A stretch of 64,000 nt of DNA from Candidatus Pacearchaeota archaeon (GTDB lineage: Archaea; Nanobdellota; Nanobdellia; Pacearchaeales; GW2011-AR1), in NCBI GenBank assembly GCA_040879805.1, contig JBBDJP010000001.1, positions 614-64,613 on the forward strand. Reading direction: 5' to 3'. Position 1 is the stretch's first letter; every line of letters begins with the position of its first letter. A program made the position numbers and the translations under genes. The notes below the pieces were generated by a model. It saw only the letters and a list, made by a program, of their open reading frames with translations. It was not told the DNA's origin and made no database searches. Positions 63,912-64,000 of this stretch are shown piece by piece.

Positions 63912-64000
63912 ATGGAAAAATTTATAGAAAATATTGCTAAAGCTGAGAAAACGATTATGGCTGCAGACCATATGACCTATGTAACTTTCCCTCTAATCAA
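63912..64000 (+). CDS. Start of an ORF truncated by the window end (hypothetical)
   Basis: An ATG at 63912 gives an open frame 'MEKFIENIAKAEKTIMAADHMTYVTFPLI' to the window edge. Confidence 0.3.
   Translation, partial: MEKFIENIAKAEKTIMAADHMTYVTFPLI

Noticed and set aside
1-64000. I looked across the whole window for CRISPR repeats, IS elements or transposases, integrases, inteins in PolB, RFC or Cdc48, tRNA introns, and rRNA or SRP/RNase P RNA genes.
   Set aside because: No regularly spaced direct repeats were seen. No transposase or integrase motifs were seen. The replication proteins are collinear with their motifs without insertions. All four tRNAs fold without introns. No intergenic gap is long or GC-rich enough for a structured RNA gene.

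Overview
Visibly AT-rich, very tightly packed archaeal chromosome segment. Neighbouring genes often abut or overlap, and convergent genes share stop-codon bases. The information-processing genes are unambiguously archaeal: RFC small and large subunits, family-B DNA polymerase, FEN1, TFS, RpoL, aRF1, NAC, Sec61-beta, L41e, RadB, NreA, Cdc48, RNase P Rpp30 and archaeal-type ThrRS/TrpRS/PheRS/ValRS. Low GC, compaction, shortened housekeeping proteins, many Lys/Glu-rich low-complexity extensions and little metabolism suggest a small-genome DPANN-like archaeon; this is inference. I support about 75 protein genes, 4 intron-less tRNAs without encoded CCA (Thr-GGU, Gln-CUG, Glu-CUC, Lys-CUU), and two conserved micro-ORFs missing from the ORF track (L41e, Sec61-beta). 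I also see a recurrent TATA-like promoter motif about 25-30 nt upstream of start codons. I found no rRNA, CRISPR array, intein, tRNA intron or recognisable mobile element. The most interesting material falls into six groups. (1) A three-gene cassette of unrecognisable proteins (4652-6333), two of them tandem paralogues, lies divergent from a fused double-Lrp regulator. (2) A surface or pilus-like island (13324-18485) holds a stand-alone FlaI/PilB N-domain protein without an ATPase core and a type-IV-pilin-like protein with a Cys-rich acidic module. (3) An A-domain-only mini pyruvate kinase is translationally coupled between an NSUN RNA methyltransferase and a Nip7-like PUA protein. (4) A receptor-like membrane protein carries a degenerate nucleotide-cyclase-like cytoplasmic domain. 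(5) A Zn-ribbon/AbrB protein is coupled to Cdc48. (6) An orphan receiver-domain pair is present. All functional calls come from motif recognition by eye; no searches were run.
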